64,000 nt of DNA, taken from an uncultured Planctomycetota bacterium. GTDB lineage: Bacteria > Planctomycetota > Planctomycetia > Isosphaerales > Isosphaeraceae. Positions 51,996 to 62,040 of the stretch are shown one piece after another. The notes below the pieces were generated by a model. It saw only the letters and a list, made by a program, of their open reading frames with translations, was not told the origin of the DNA and did no database searches. Both the position numbers and the translations under genes were made by a program. The first letter of the stretch is position 1. Every line of letters starts with the position of its first letter. The stretch is from assembly GCA_963737655.1 (NCBI GenBank), contig CAVTTN010000002.1:5440001-5504000 (forward strand). Reading direction: 5' to 3'.

Positions 51996-52037
51996 CCCTC
52001 TCCCCCGAAGCAAGCGGGGGAGAGGGCGTCCAGAAGC
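51996..52037. repeat. REP family 4 hairpin (CCCTCTCCCCC..GGGGGAGAGGG)
   Basis: ccctctcccccgaagcaagcgggggagagggcgtccagaagc; similar to the copy at 60026. Confidence 0.7.
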
Positions 52038-52063
52038 CGATTCCGCGGCGGGTGAGGCCCGCG

Positions 52064-54869
52064 TTATTTGCCCAGCTCCTTCAGGAGGCCGACGTACTTG
52101 GCCTTCATCTCGGGCTTGCCGACCGACGGGCTGAGCTTCATCACGCGTTCGAGGCTGGTCACGGCCTCGGCCCGGCGTCCCTGGCCGGTCTGGGCGATGG
52201 CCATGTGGTACACGCTGTCGTAATACTCCAGGGGCTTGGTCCGGTAGCGGCTGAGGTCGGCGACCCGCTCCTTCCAGTAGGCGAAGGCGACGTTCCACCG
52301 CTCCAGGCTCCGTTCGGCGCGGGCCCAGTCCTCGTACAGGAAGCCCTTCTCCATCATCAGGGTGAGGTCGCGCGGGCTGGCGGTCAGGAGTTCCTTGTCG
52401 AGCGCCAGGGCGTCCTCGAACTTGTTGGCCTCGCGGAGGGCCACGGCCTTCTTGTACTTGAGATAGGCGAGGCTGGTGGCGGCCTTGGGGTCCTTGAGGA
52501 ACTCGGGGTCCTTGCCGAACCGGGTGAGCATGGAGTCGAACACGGGGACGGCCTCCGCCCCCATGCCCATCTCGATCATGGCGCTGCCGGCGAAGAGGAG
52601 GGACTGGTACGTCTGGCCCGACTGGCTGGTCGCCAGGGCCGTGAGGAACTTCTTGAACGACTCGCGGGTCTTCTTGTAGCCGACGGCGTCATTCCGGGCC
52701 TTCTGGGCCTCCATGTCCTCCTTCAAACGCATGGTCAGGTCGTAATACAGGCCGGTGAGCTTCTCCTTGGTGCTCCCGGCCTTTTCCAGAGTCTTGAGGT
52801 CGGCGATGGCCCGGTCGGTCTGGCCGTCGCCGAGGTGGGCCTTGAGCAGGATCGTCACGAGCGCCTCGTACAGCGGGGCGAGCTCGGCCGACTGCGACGC
52901 CCCGGCCAGGGTCTTCTCCAGGGGTTCGAGGAGGGCGAGCGCCTCCTTCGGCTTGCCCGTGGCGCGGAGGATCTCGGCCACGTCGGTCGAGTTGCGGACC
53001 AGGGCCGGGTCGGTGGCCGGGGCCCCGGCCTTCTTGCGGGCCTCCAGGGCCGAGGATTCGAGGTCCAGCGCCGCCTTGCCCTGGGCCTCGGCCTCGGACC
53101 CCTTGTCCTCCTCGCGGAGCTTCTGGGCGAGCCTCCAGAGCGCCTCCCCGGCCATCATCTGGGCGTCGAGCCGGCGGGGGGACTCGGCCCGGACTCCTTC
53201 ATACGACTTCGCCGCCCTCACGTACTCCTGGCGGCCGAAATAGATCTCCCCGAGGGTGACGCGGGCGGCGTCTCCCTGGTCCTTGTCGCTCCAGGTCTCG
53301 GCGGCGAAGGAGGCGAGGTCGATCAGGCGGTCGAGGTCGCTCGTCCGGTCGATCTCCACATACGTGTTGTACGCCATCGTCAGGGCCGCGATGCCGATAT
53401 CGACGGCCTTCAAGGACCATTCGTCCTGGGGATACCGCCGGACGAGGTGATCGCAGATCGCGGCGGCGGAATAGTACCTCTGGGCCGAGTATTCGCAGTA
53501 GGCGAGGAAGTAGCGGGCCTTGTTCGCCTTGGCGGGTTCCCGGGCGGGGTCGGCCCTCTTGATGGCCTGCTGGAACAGCTTGATGGCGCGGTCCCATTCG
53601 TGGGTGCTCATCGCCGAATCGGCCTGGGCCATCGCCTCGTCATACGTCATGGCGGCGATCTGGCGGTCGTCGACGTCGCCGCCGATCTTGAACTTGTCGC
53701 GGATCTCCTTGCGGAGGACCAGGGCCTCGGCCTTGTACGGCGAGAAGTAGCGGACGACCTCATCCAGCCGCGCCAGGGCCTTGCGGGCGGCCTCCTTCTG
53801 GTCCTTCTCGTTGAGCTCGTCGAGCTGGGCCTTCAGGGCCCGGGCCAATTCGAGCTGGACGCCCAGGCCGGACTCGCTGGAGAGATACCGAGGGTTGTCC
53901 TGGAGCCATCGGGCGGCCTCGTCCACCGCGAGGGCATACTCCTTCCTCTTGTTATCGACGATGATCCGGAAGAAGCCGATCCGCCGCCTCATCTCGTTGT
54001 AGATGGGGTCGTTCATCGGCTGGGCGAAGAGCTCGTTGTAGATGCCCATCGCCGGGCCGAGCTCCCCTTTTTCCTCGTAGCACTTGCCCTGGAGCATCCG
54101 GGCGGAGAGGCCGGCGAGCTGCGACCGGTAGTCCTTGTACACGATCTCGAACGCGGCGATGGCCTTGTCCAGGAGGTCGTTCCTCTCCTTCGAGCCGAGC
54201 GGCCAGGACTGCGCGTCCTCGTAATCGACCACCGTCCTCTGGAGGCGGGCGTCCATCAGGGCGGTGTGCGGCGCGCTCCTTCGAGTCCTTCGCCGGGTTC
54301 CCCTCGGGGATGAATTTTGGGAAGGACTCGAACGCCTTCTGCAAGAGGGGCAACGCGCGCTCGTAGGCGGCGCGGGCCTCGACGAACGAGGCGCGGGCGG
54401 AGGTCAGCTTGGCCTTCTCCTCGGCCCCCTTGAGATCGCGGGACTGGACGAGGTCGGTATGCCCCCGCTCGACGAACAAGCGGGCGAGCTGCGTGAGGGC
54501 CTCGGGCGTGAGCGGGTGATCGGGGTTCTTGCGGGCGAACTCGTCGAGCTTCGCGCGGGCCGAGTCCAGGAGGGCCGTCTTGGTCTCCAGGTTGTTGGAG
54601 ACGGTCGCCTCTTCCAGGAGCCCCCGGCCGACCTGGTAATCGAGCGTGACCTTCAAGTCGGCGGGCGCGGCGGGGTCTTTGCGGAGGCTTTCGAGGTACT
54701 CCAGGGCGAGGTCATGATAGCCCCGTTCGCGCAAGCCCTGGGCGAACTTCAGGGCCTGGCGGGCCTCGGGCGACATCTCGTCGGCGGCCCGGACGAGCGA
54801 AGGAGCCAGGAAACCGGCCGCCACGACGGCCCAAAGCCCGGCGAGCGAGGCGCGACGGGGCATCTTCAT
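52064..54869 (-). CDS. Large secreted TPR protein (frameshift near 54270)
   Basis: Signal peptide ending VRA-ADE; FAQGLRERGYHDLALEYL; continuous TPR-like helices across two frames. Confidence 0.82.
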
Positions 54870-54995
54870 GAGGAGGCTCCGGGGCGAGACGGGGCGTCCC
54901 CGGGGCCGGTCCGAACTCGTCCCGGCCCCCCGGGGCCGCGTGTGTCGAGAGCGTGGATGCGTTCGATCCAATCTACGGCGCCCGGAGGGGCCTCG

Positions 54996-56268
54996 TCAAT
55001 CGAGCGGAGGAACCCGGGGCTTCGGCGGGGCGACCGGCCCGTAGCCGAATCGGTCCTTCAAGCTCAGGATCGGCCTCTCGATCAGGAACCACGAGGCCGA
55101 GGCCGCCGCGATCGTGATCGCGACCTTCGCCGCCCGGGTCGTCCACGGCTGGTCGTACCGGAATTCCGAGGCCTTCGGGAACCCGTCGATCGCCCAGAAG
55201 ATCGGCACGTGATAGAGGTACACCCCGTAGCTGATCAGACCAAGATAGACCAGAGGAGGCATCCTCAAGGGGGCCAGCCACCGGCTCCCGGCGTTCGCGG
55301 CGACCGTGCCGACCAGGCCGAAATAGGTCACGCCGACGGCCAGGATCGTCGTCGAGGGCCTCCTCGGCGTGGGCAGGCCGAGGAAGCCCACCGGGTCCCC
55401 CTCGGCGATCATCCCCCAGGCGATGTAGAGCAATCCGCCGACGAGCGCGGCGGTGGTCGCCATGCGGATTCGCCGATCGACGACCATCCGAGGGCGAGGC
55501 CGCCCCATCATCGCCGCCAGCAGCCCGCCCAGGGCGAAGCCGTCGCATCGGCCGATCAGGGTCCGCTCGACGAACGGCTCCCAGGCGATCCACCCCCCTT
55601 CCCTCGCCGCCACCGACAGCGCGATGGCCCCCAGGGCGAGGAAGATCGTCCGTTTGCGGGCGGGGTCGATCGGGACGACCTGAACCCTCTCCCCCGCCCC
55701 GGGGGAGAGGACAGGGTGAGGGGGCAAGACGCCGCTCGACGAGGATTCTCCTCGGGCCCACAGGGAACGCCACCCCCTCACCCCCGGGGCGAAGGCGCGT
55801 CGGAGCCGGGAGAGATCCGGCAGCCTCGCCGCCAGGAGGATCAGCGCGGGCCAGATCAGGTAAAACTGCTCCTCCAGGGCGAGCGTCCAGGAATGGTCAA
55901 ACGCCACCATCTCCTTCGGGACATCGTAGCGCCACATCCGCGGCAGGTTCTGCGTGTACGTGAGGTAATACGGGACGCTCCCCAGGGGCTCGGGCCGGGG
56001 GATCCGGCCGTTGATCGCCACGAGGACGCCCAGGACGAGGTAATAGATCGGCCAGATCCGCAACCCCCGGCGGACGTAGAAAACCCCCAAAAATCGCGGC
56101 GAATCGCCGTGGTCGAGCACGATCGCCGTGATCAAATAGCCCGAGAGGACGAAGAACAGGTCCACGCCCGTCCATCCGGGGAAAAACCCCGGCGGATTCA
56201 GGTGGAACGCCAGGATCGCCAGGGCCGCGAGCCCCTCGGAGGCTGTCGAGCTCGGGGACTCGTCTCAT
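54996..56268 (-). CDS. Acyltransferase 3 (OafA-like) family protein (frameshift near 56235)
   Basis: ELDSLRG, GVDLFFVLSGYLIT, FYVRRGLRIWP, HSWTLALEEQFY, LGLISYGVYLYH and SWFLIERP motifs. Confidence 0.92.
55685..55815. repeat. REP family 4-derived palindromic insert inside the acyltransferase ORF
   Basis: ccctctcccccgccccgggggagaggacagggtgaggggg ... ccccctcaccc...gggagag. Confidence 0.68.
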
Positions 56269-56355
56269 GCGATGGGCCTTGACTCGGGCCGTCCGGTCGT
56301 GTCCCCTGAATCGGGCCGCCAATGGCCTTCATAACAGGCCCGAGCCCCGCCCGCC

Positions 56356-57365
56356 ATGCCCGCCCGACGCGCCGTCTCCGAGATCTCCCTGGTCAACGGC
56401 TCGGCCGGAGACCCCGTCCTGTTCGTCGATTATCCCGGCCGGGACGACGCGCTCCTGTTCGACGCCGGGGAGAACGGCTCGCTCGACCCGAAGCGGCTCG
56501 GCGACCTCCTCGCCGTGTTCATCTCGCATCATCACATCGACCATTTCATCGGCCTGGATCGGATCGTCCGGGCGAACCTCGATCGGGACAAGACCTTGCA
56601 CCTCTTCGGCCCCCCGGGGACGATCCGCAAGGTCTTCGACCGCGTGACCAGCTACGACCACCCGTTCTTCCCGTTCCAGAAGCTCATCCTGGCCGTCCAC
56701 GAGATCCAGCCGGGGCGGCAACGACGGGCCGAGTTGCGGTGCGAGGACAAGTTCGCGGAGCCCGAGATCGTGGAATCGGAGTGGTCGGGCCCGACGATCT
56801 TCGAGACGCCCGAGATCCGCGTCGAGGCCGCCCCCGCCGATCACACCGTCCCCTGCCTGGCCTATGCGATGGTCGAGGCGACCGGGTATCATCCCGACCC
56901 GAAGCGGAGGGACACCGGCCCGCTCCGGCCCGGCCCGTGGCTGTCGAAGGCCCTGGAGCTCCTCCGCCTGGCGCGGCCCCGGAGACGCCGGTGGACGTCG
57001 ATGGCGGGAGCTTCCCCCTGGGTAGGCTGGCCGAGGCGTATTTTGTGAAGACCGGAGGCTCGCGAGTCGCGTTCGTGACCGATACCGCGTGGTCCGAAGC
57101 GTCCGCGCCGGGCCTCCTCCGCCTGGCCCACCGGGCCGACCGGCTCTATTGCGACTCGTTTTACGCGAATGCCCAGAAAAAACAGGCCGAGAAGTACCAT
57201 CACATGACCGCGACCCAGGCCGCCTCGTTCGCGAAGGCGGCGAGGGCCTCCGAATTGATCCTGATCCACTTCGCCTCGCGCTATGCCGGCGCCTACGAAT
57301 CCTTGGTTCAAGAAGCCCGAGCGATCTTCCCGGCGACCTCGGCCGTCCTGCCTGAACCGCCATGA
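56356..57365 (+). CDS. Ribonuclease Z-like metallo-beta-lactamase fold protein (frameshift near 56970)
   Basis: LLFDAG, SHHHIDHFIG, ADH, PGPW; second frame FVTDT, HHMT and LIHFASRY. Confidence 0.85.
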
Positions 57366-57411
57366 GGATGGGGAGGCTCCGGAGAGAACCTCGGCGAGAG
57401 CCAGGAAGCCG

Positions 57412-57479
57412 GTAGGTCCGACTTCAGTCGTGCCTGCAAATCCCAATCTTTCCGCAGGCCCGACTGAAGTCGGACCTAC
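57412..57479. repeat. REP family 5 inverted doublet (GTAGGTCCGACTTCAGTCG)
   Basis: gtaggtccgacttcagtcg ... cgactgaagtcggacctac. Confidence 0.82.
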
Positions 57480-57563
57480 TCGCCTTGTCACTCCGAATCG
57501 GGTGGATTCGGAAAGGGACGGGCCGGTCAAGATCCCCGCCCGCCCGGCGAATACCCGGTCACC

Positions 57564-58907
57564 ATGAGACTGGAGGCCGATCCGATGGACCCGACCGCGA
57601 CGCCGATTGCCGATCCCGAACCGCTCGTCCCCGACCCGATCGAGGACTCCGCGCCCGGACCCGAGACGCCGGAAAAGGGCTCCACGATGAGGCCCGCCGA
57701 GGCGTGGGAGCGGATGGCCCGGGGCGAGACGATCCAGAACGTCCGGATCGAGCGGATGACCTTCCGGGGGACGATCGCGCACCCGGTCCGCATGATCGGC
57801 GTGAGGCTGGTCCAGCCCCGGTTCGAGAAGGTCGAATTCGCCGAGGAGGTCGTCCTGGCCAAGTCCACGATCGACCGGCCGAGCTTCAACCGCCGCGTGG
57901 TGATGGCCAAGGGCCTGGACCTTCGCGGATCGACGATCCTCCACATGAACGTGAGGTCGCTGGAAGTCCATGGCGCCTTCTCGGCCGACCGGACGAAGTG
58001 GCTCGGCAAGTTCGTCCTCACCAACGCGACGTTCCACGGGACCACGAGGTTCTGGGAGGCGAAGTTCGAGGGCTGGGTGGACATCAAGAATTGCACGTTC
58101 CACGATACCGCCGACTTCCGCAGCCTCCACGGCGACGAGGGGCTCTCGATCGAGGGGTGCCGGTTCGTCAAGGACTTCCTGTTCCGAGGGTCGACCGTCT
58201 GCAAGAAGCTGGACCTCGGCCGGTCGCGGTTCGAGGCGCTTTTGGACCTCTCCAAGGCCAAGCTGCACGACTTCGTCTACCTCGAAGGGATCGAGGCGGG
58301 CCCGGAGCAGAGGTTCGCCGTCAAGAACGCGCTGGCCGAGCGGTTGCTGGTCCGGCCCGAGCAGATCGAAGGGCGGCTCCAGAGCGAGGAGACCGGCGAC
58401 CACGCCTCGGCGATGGAGGAATACGGCCTGTTGAAGCGCGGGTTCGAGGGGCTCCACCGCTACGACCAGGAGGACTGGGCGTTCTATCGCTTCAAGGTCA
58501 ACGCCCGACGGTCGAGGAAGAGGTCGTGGAACCGTCCGTGGAGCAAGGTCGCCCAGTTCTTCGACTGGCTGTTGCTGGACCTGGGCTGCGGGTATGGGAC
58601 TCACCCGCTCCGGGCCGTCCGCGCCTCGTTGATCATCATCGCCGTGTTCGCCGTGATGTACATGCTCGGGGCCGAGGCGCTGAGGGTCGAACAGTTCCCG
58701 TTCCCGGACGCCCGAGGCGTCGGCTACCTGCCCAACCGCGTACTGGTGGGCCTGCTGACCAGCGTGACCGTGTTCACATCCGGGTTCGGGAACCTCCGGG
58801 ACATGGGCCAGGGCTGGATGCTCCTGCCCCTGATCGTGGAATCGCTCCTCGGGACGTTCCTCTGGGGCCTGTTCATCGTCGCGTTCAGCCGGAAGGTCAT
58901 CCGATAA
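57564..58907 (+). CDS. Pentapeptide-like repeat (beta-helix) protein with C-terminal ion-channel-like 2TM/pore domain
   Basis: Repeats such as ATFHGTTRF, AKFEGWVDI and CTFHDTADF; GYG..PLR, a TM, pore-like TVFTSGFGN and a final TM ending SRKVIR. Confidence 0.75.
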   Translation: MRLEADPMDPTATPIADPEPLVPDPIEDSAPGPETPEKGSTMRPAEAWERMARGETIQNVRIERMTFRGTIAHPVRMIGVRLVQPRFEKVEFAEEVVLAKSTIDRPSFNRRVVMAKGLDLRGSTILHMNVRSLEVHGAFSADRTKWLGKFVLTNATFHGTTRFWEAKFEGWVDIKNCTFHDTADFRSLHGDEGLSIEGCRFVKDFLFRGSTVCKKLDLGRSRFEALLDLSKAKLHDFVYLEGIEAGPEQRFAVKNALAERLLVRPEQIEGRLQSEETGDHASAMEEYGLLKRGFEGLHRYDQEDWAFYRFKVNARRSRKRSWNRPWSKVAQFFDWLLLDLGCGYGTHPLRAVRASLIIIAVFAVMYMLGAEALRVEQFPFPDARGVGYLPNRVLVGLLTSVTVFTSGFGNLRDMGQGWMLLPLIVESLLGTFLWGLFIVAFSRKVIR

Positions 58908-58929
58908 AGATCGACGGATAAAACCGCCT

Positions 58930-59096
58930 GTCGGGTGCATGAAATGCACCAACCTCGCGGCGGCCCCCGGGCCGCCCACCTTTTGCCCTCCTCGTTCGAT
59001 CGCCCAGGGAGGAGCAAGCGGGAGGCGGCCCGGGGGCCGCCGCGAGGTTGGTGCAGTTCATGCACCCGACATCACGGCGCATTTCATGCACCCTAC
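58930..59096. repeat. REP family 1 REPIN-like element (GTCG variant) with an extra tandem arm
   Basis: gtcgggtgcatgaaatgcacc ... ggtgcagttcatgcacccgac atcac ggcgcatttcatgcaccctac. Confidence 0.9.
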
Positions 59097-59401
59097 TTGG
59101 AGACGATCGAGTCGAACACGCGGACCTTGGCCCAGTTGTCTCGGCTCTCGGCGATGAACTGGTGGTGGAGCTCGGCGTCCTGGTAGAGGTCGTGGTTCTC
59201 TGCCGAGTCGAACACGACGTGGAGGGCGACGTCGAAATCGCGGTCGTTCACCGGGCGGTTGAGCTCCTGGGCGAGCCCGCCGACGGCGAAGAAAATCACT
59301 CCGGGATGGTCGGCCAGGTACTTCTTGCAGGCGGCGATCAGGGCGTCTCGCGACGAGTCGGATCGGTCCTTCAGCGCGAAATAGACGTTGTGGGCGAGCA
59401 T
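59093..59401 (-). CDS. Dabb family (stress-responsive A/B barrel) protein
   Basis: HNVYFALK, FDVALHVVF, YQ...HHQF and VRVFDS motifs. Confidence 0.9.
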   Translation of the reverse strand: MLAHNVYFALKDRSDSSRDALIAACKKYLADHPGVIFFAVGGLAQELNRPVNDRDFDVALHVVFDSAENHDLYQDAELHHQFIAESRDNWAKVRVFDSIVSK

Positions 59402-59439
59402 GGTTCGGGCGGTTCTCTCGGGGTGGGTGGCTGAGGGGT

Positions 59440-59892
59440 TCAGGCGGTGGGGTTCGCTTCGAGATACTGCTCGACGAGCATCTTGAGCCCTCCGGCGACG
59501 GCCAGGCCCATCGCCTGGCCGCGATCGATCACCTCGGAGGCGGGCCAGCCGTGGGCCCGGGCCTGCTGCAACAACACCATCGCCGCGGCCCGGCCCCCGG
59601 CCTTGCAGTGGACCAGGACCTTGCCGGCCTTCGCGTGCTGGTCGATGAAGTCGCTGATCGCCGAGACGGCCGTCGGCGAAAGCGGCGCGCCGCCCACGCC
59701 CGAGTGGATGTATTCCAGGCCGGAGGCGACGACCACGGCCCCTTCGGCCGCGGTGCCGAGGGGCTGTTCCGGCTCGCCGTCGTTGCGGAGGTTCACCACG
59801 CCGGTGTAACCGGCCGCCTTCAGGCCCGAGAGGTCGGCCTCCGTCGGCTGGCCGGCGATGGCGATCGTCGGCGTGATCGGGCGGACGTCCAT
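59440..59892 (-). CDS. DUF442/BLH-type phosphatase-like sulfur transferase domain protein
   Basis: IAGQP, VVNLRNDGE and VLVHCKAGGRA (CX5R) motifs. Confidence 0.85.
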   Translation of the reverse strand: MDVRPITPTIAIAGQPTEADLSGLKAAGYTGVVNLRNDGEPEQPLGTAAEGAVVVASGLEYIHSGVGGAPLSPTAVSAISDFIDQHAKAGKVLVHCKAGGRAAAMVLLQQARAHGWPASEVIDRGQAMGLAVAGGLKMLVEQYLEANPTA

Positions 59893-60025
59893 GTGATTCT
59901 CCTGCTCGCGGCGGCTCGGGATGCTCGTCGGTTCCAAGGCCCCTACCCTACCAGCGGACGGGCCGATCGTCCAACGGGCAGGGCCGGGCAGGGTCGATCG
60001 TTTCTTCATTCCGAGGCGGAGCTTA

Positions 60026-60062
60026 CCCTCTCCCCCGCCTCGGGGGAGAGGGCGTCAGAAGC
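60026..60062. repeat. REP family 4 hairpin
   Basis: ccctctcccccgcctcgggggagagggcgtcagaagc. Confidence 0.7.
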
Positions 60063-60134
60063 TCCGGCTTGAACAACCGATCGGCCCTGCCGGGTTGAGC
60101 CCGCCCGACAACCCCGAAAAGCCGCAAGCTCCTC

Positions 60135-60162
60135 TTGACGCCCCCCGCGTTCTTTCTAGAAT
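60135..60162 (+). promoter_or_regulatory. Sigma-70-type promoter of the MarR-MFS-RND operon
   Basis: TTGACG-N16-TAGAAT; the spacer contains a C6 run, so it may be 17 nt in reality. Confidence 0.6.
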
Positions 60163-60213
60163 CGAGTTGTTCGATTTCCGAATCTTTCGTCGGATGAAGT
60201 TCTTGCGAGGATC

Positions 60214-60723
60214 ATGAAGACCCACGCGGACGACGTGCTGGAGGCGAGGGCCGAGGACCTGCGCGAGCAGCTTTTCTCGGTCGTCCACCGGCTGAAGTCG
60301 GTCGATGCCCGGTGCGCGGGGTCGATGGACACGGACATCAGCCTGCCGGAGCTCCGGGTGATCGAGATCCTCGGGGACTGCCCGGGCCTGATGATGAAGG
60401 AGCTGGCCGACCGGATGCTCGCGGCGGTGAGCACGGCGACGGGCCTGGTGGATAAGCTGGTCCAGAAGGGCTACGTGAGGCGGGACCGGGGGGACGAGGA
60501 CCGCCGGATCGTCCGGGTGGACCTCTCGGACTCGGGCCGGGTCGTCTGCGAAGGCGTGAAGGCGATGCACCTGGACCTGTGCCGGGGGATGCTCGCCGCG
60601 CTGAACGAGGATGAGCGGGAGATCTTCCTCGTCCTCATGAGGAAGATCGCCCGGGGGCCGTCGCCGATCGGCCCCGGGGAGGAAAGGGAGGGTCATGGAA
60701 ACGATCGACGCGACCGAGCTTGA
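60214..60723 (+). CDS. MarR family transcriptional regulator
   Basis: MKELA, STATGLVDKLVQKGYV and EDRRIVRVDLSDSG motifs. Confidence 0.93.
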   Translation: MKTHADDVLEARAEDLREQLFSVVHRLKSVDARCAGSMDTDISLPELRVIEILGDCPGLMMKELADRMLAAVSTATGLVDKLVQKGYVRRDRGDEDRRIVRVDLSDSGRVVCEGVKAMHLDLCRGMLAALNEDEREIFLVLMRKIARGPSPIGPGEEREGHGNDRRDRA

Positions 60724-62002
60724 GCGCCCTTACGCCCCGCCCGAGGCCCGCGCCGAGCCGACGGCCTCCGAGAAGGCCCGGGCCGCCGAGAGGCTGCTCC
60801 TGTTCGTCCTGGCGGCCGTCCAGTTCGCCAACATCATGGACTTCATGATCGTGATGCCCCTGGGGCCTCGGTTGATGAGTAGCCTGGGGATCGCGGCGAA
60901 CCAGTTCGGCAACGTGGTGTCCTTCTATACCTACAGCGCCAGCATCGCCGGGCTGCTGGCGGCCCTGGTCATCGATCGGTTCGACCGGAGGACGGCCCTG
61001 CTGTTCCTGGTCACGGGGTTCACGATCGGGACGTTCTCCTGCGGCCTGGCCGGGACGTATCCGCTCCTCCTGGCCGCCCGGGTGGCGACCGGGGCGTTCG
61101 GCGGGGTGCTCGGGGCGTTGGTCTTCGCGATCATCGGCGACGCCTTCCCCGAGTCGAGGCGGGGGGCGGCCACCGGGATCATCACCTCGGCGTTCGCCGT
61201 GGCGTCCGTCTTCGGCGTCCCGTTCGGCCTGTACCTGGGGACCCGCTACGGATGGCCCGCGCCGTTCTTCCTGCTCGGGGGGATCGGCGTCGTGGTGGGC
61301 CTCGTGGCCTTCGTCTCGATGCCGAGCCTCAAGGGGCACCTGGAAAAGACCCGGGATCGCGACCCGCTCGGCGAGCTCCTGGGCCTGTTGACCCACCCGA
61401 ACCACCTCCGGGCGTTCGCCCTGATGGTGGCGATCATGTTCAGCAGCTTCGCCGTGGTGCCGTACATCGCCGCCTCGATGGAGGCGAACGTGGGGATCAC
61501 CAAGCATGACATGATGTGGTTGTACGTGATGGGCGGGGCCTGCGCCCTGGTCTCCTCGCCGATCATCGGCCGGCTGGCCGACCGGTTCGGCAAGCTCCGG
61601 GTGTACTGGATCATGGCGGTGCTGTCGATCGTGCCGATCGTGGCGATCACGAACCTGCCGAGGGTCCCCCTGATCGTGGCGATGACGGCGGTCTCCGGGC
61701 TGATGGTGTGCAATTCGGGCCGGATGGTGCCGGCGGTGGCGATGATCACCTCCAGCGTGGAGCCGTCGCGCCGGGGCCGGTTCATGAGCGTGAACGCGGC
61801 GATCCAGCACCTGTCGGCGGGCCTGGCGGCGCAGGTGGCGGCGACGATCCTCGGCAGCGAGGACCACGTGACGGCCTCCGGGTTCCGCACGGTCGGGTTC
61901 CTGGCCGTCGCGGCGACCCTGGCGAGCCTGCCGCTGGCCGCTCGGCTCCGTGCGGCGAAGCCTCCGGCCCTGGCCGAGGTCGCCGTCGATCCCCTGGTGT
62001 GA
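60695..62002 (+). CDS. MFS transporter (DHA1-like)
   Basis: About 12 TM helices; DRFDRR, LLAARVATGAFGG and GRLADRFGK motifs. Confidence 0.93.
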   Translation: METIDATELERPYAPPEARAEPTASEKARAAERLLLFVLAAVQFANIMDFMIVMPLGPRLMSSLGIAANQFGNVVSFYTYSASIAGLLAALVIDRFDRRTALLFLVTGFTIGTFSCGLAGTYPLLLAARVATGAFGGVLGALVFAIIGDAFPESRRGAATGIITSAFAVASVFGVPFGLYLGTRYGWPAPFFLLGGIGVVVGLVAFVSMPSLKGHLEKTRDRDPLGELLGLLTHPNHLRAFALMVAIMFSSFAVVPYIAASMEANVGITKHDMMWLYVMGGACALVSSPIIGRLADRFGKLRVYWIMAVLSIVPIVAITNLPRVPLIVAMTAVSGLMVCNSGRMVPAVAMITSSVEPSRRGRFMSVNAAIQHLSAGLAAQVAATILGSEDHVTASGFRTVGFLAVAATLASLPLAARLRAAKPPALAEVAVDPLV

Positions 62003-62040
62003 CGAATTCCCGGCCGGAAGGCCGCGAGGGAGGATAGGGC

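Noticed and set aside
50846..54313. Very long antisense and alternative-frame ORFs (e.g. 50846-54313 +, 4479-7514 -, 41993-44752 +)
   Set aside because: They are shadow ORFs of real genes caused by high GC3 codon bias and have no recognisable motifs.
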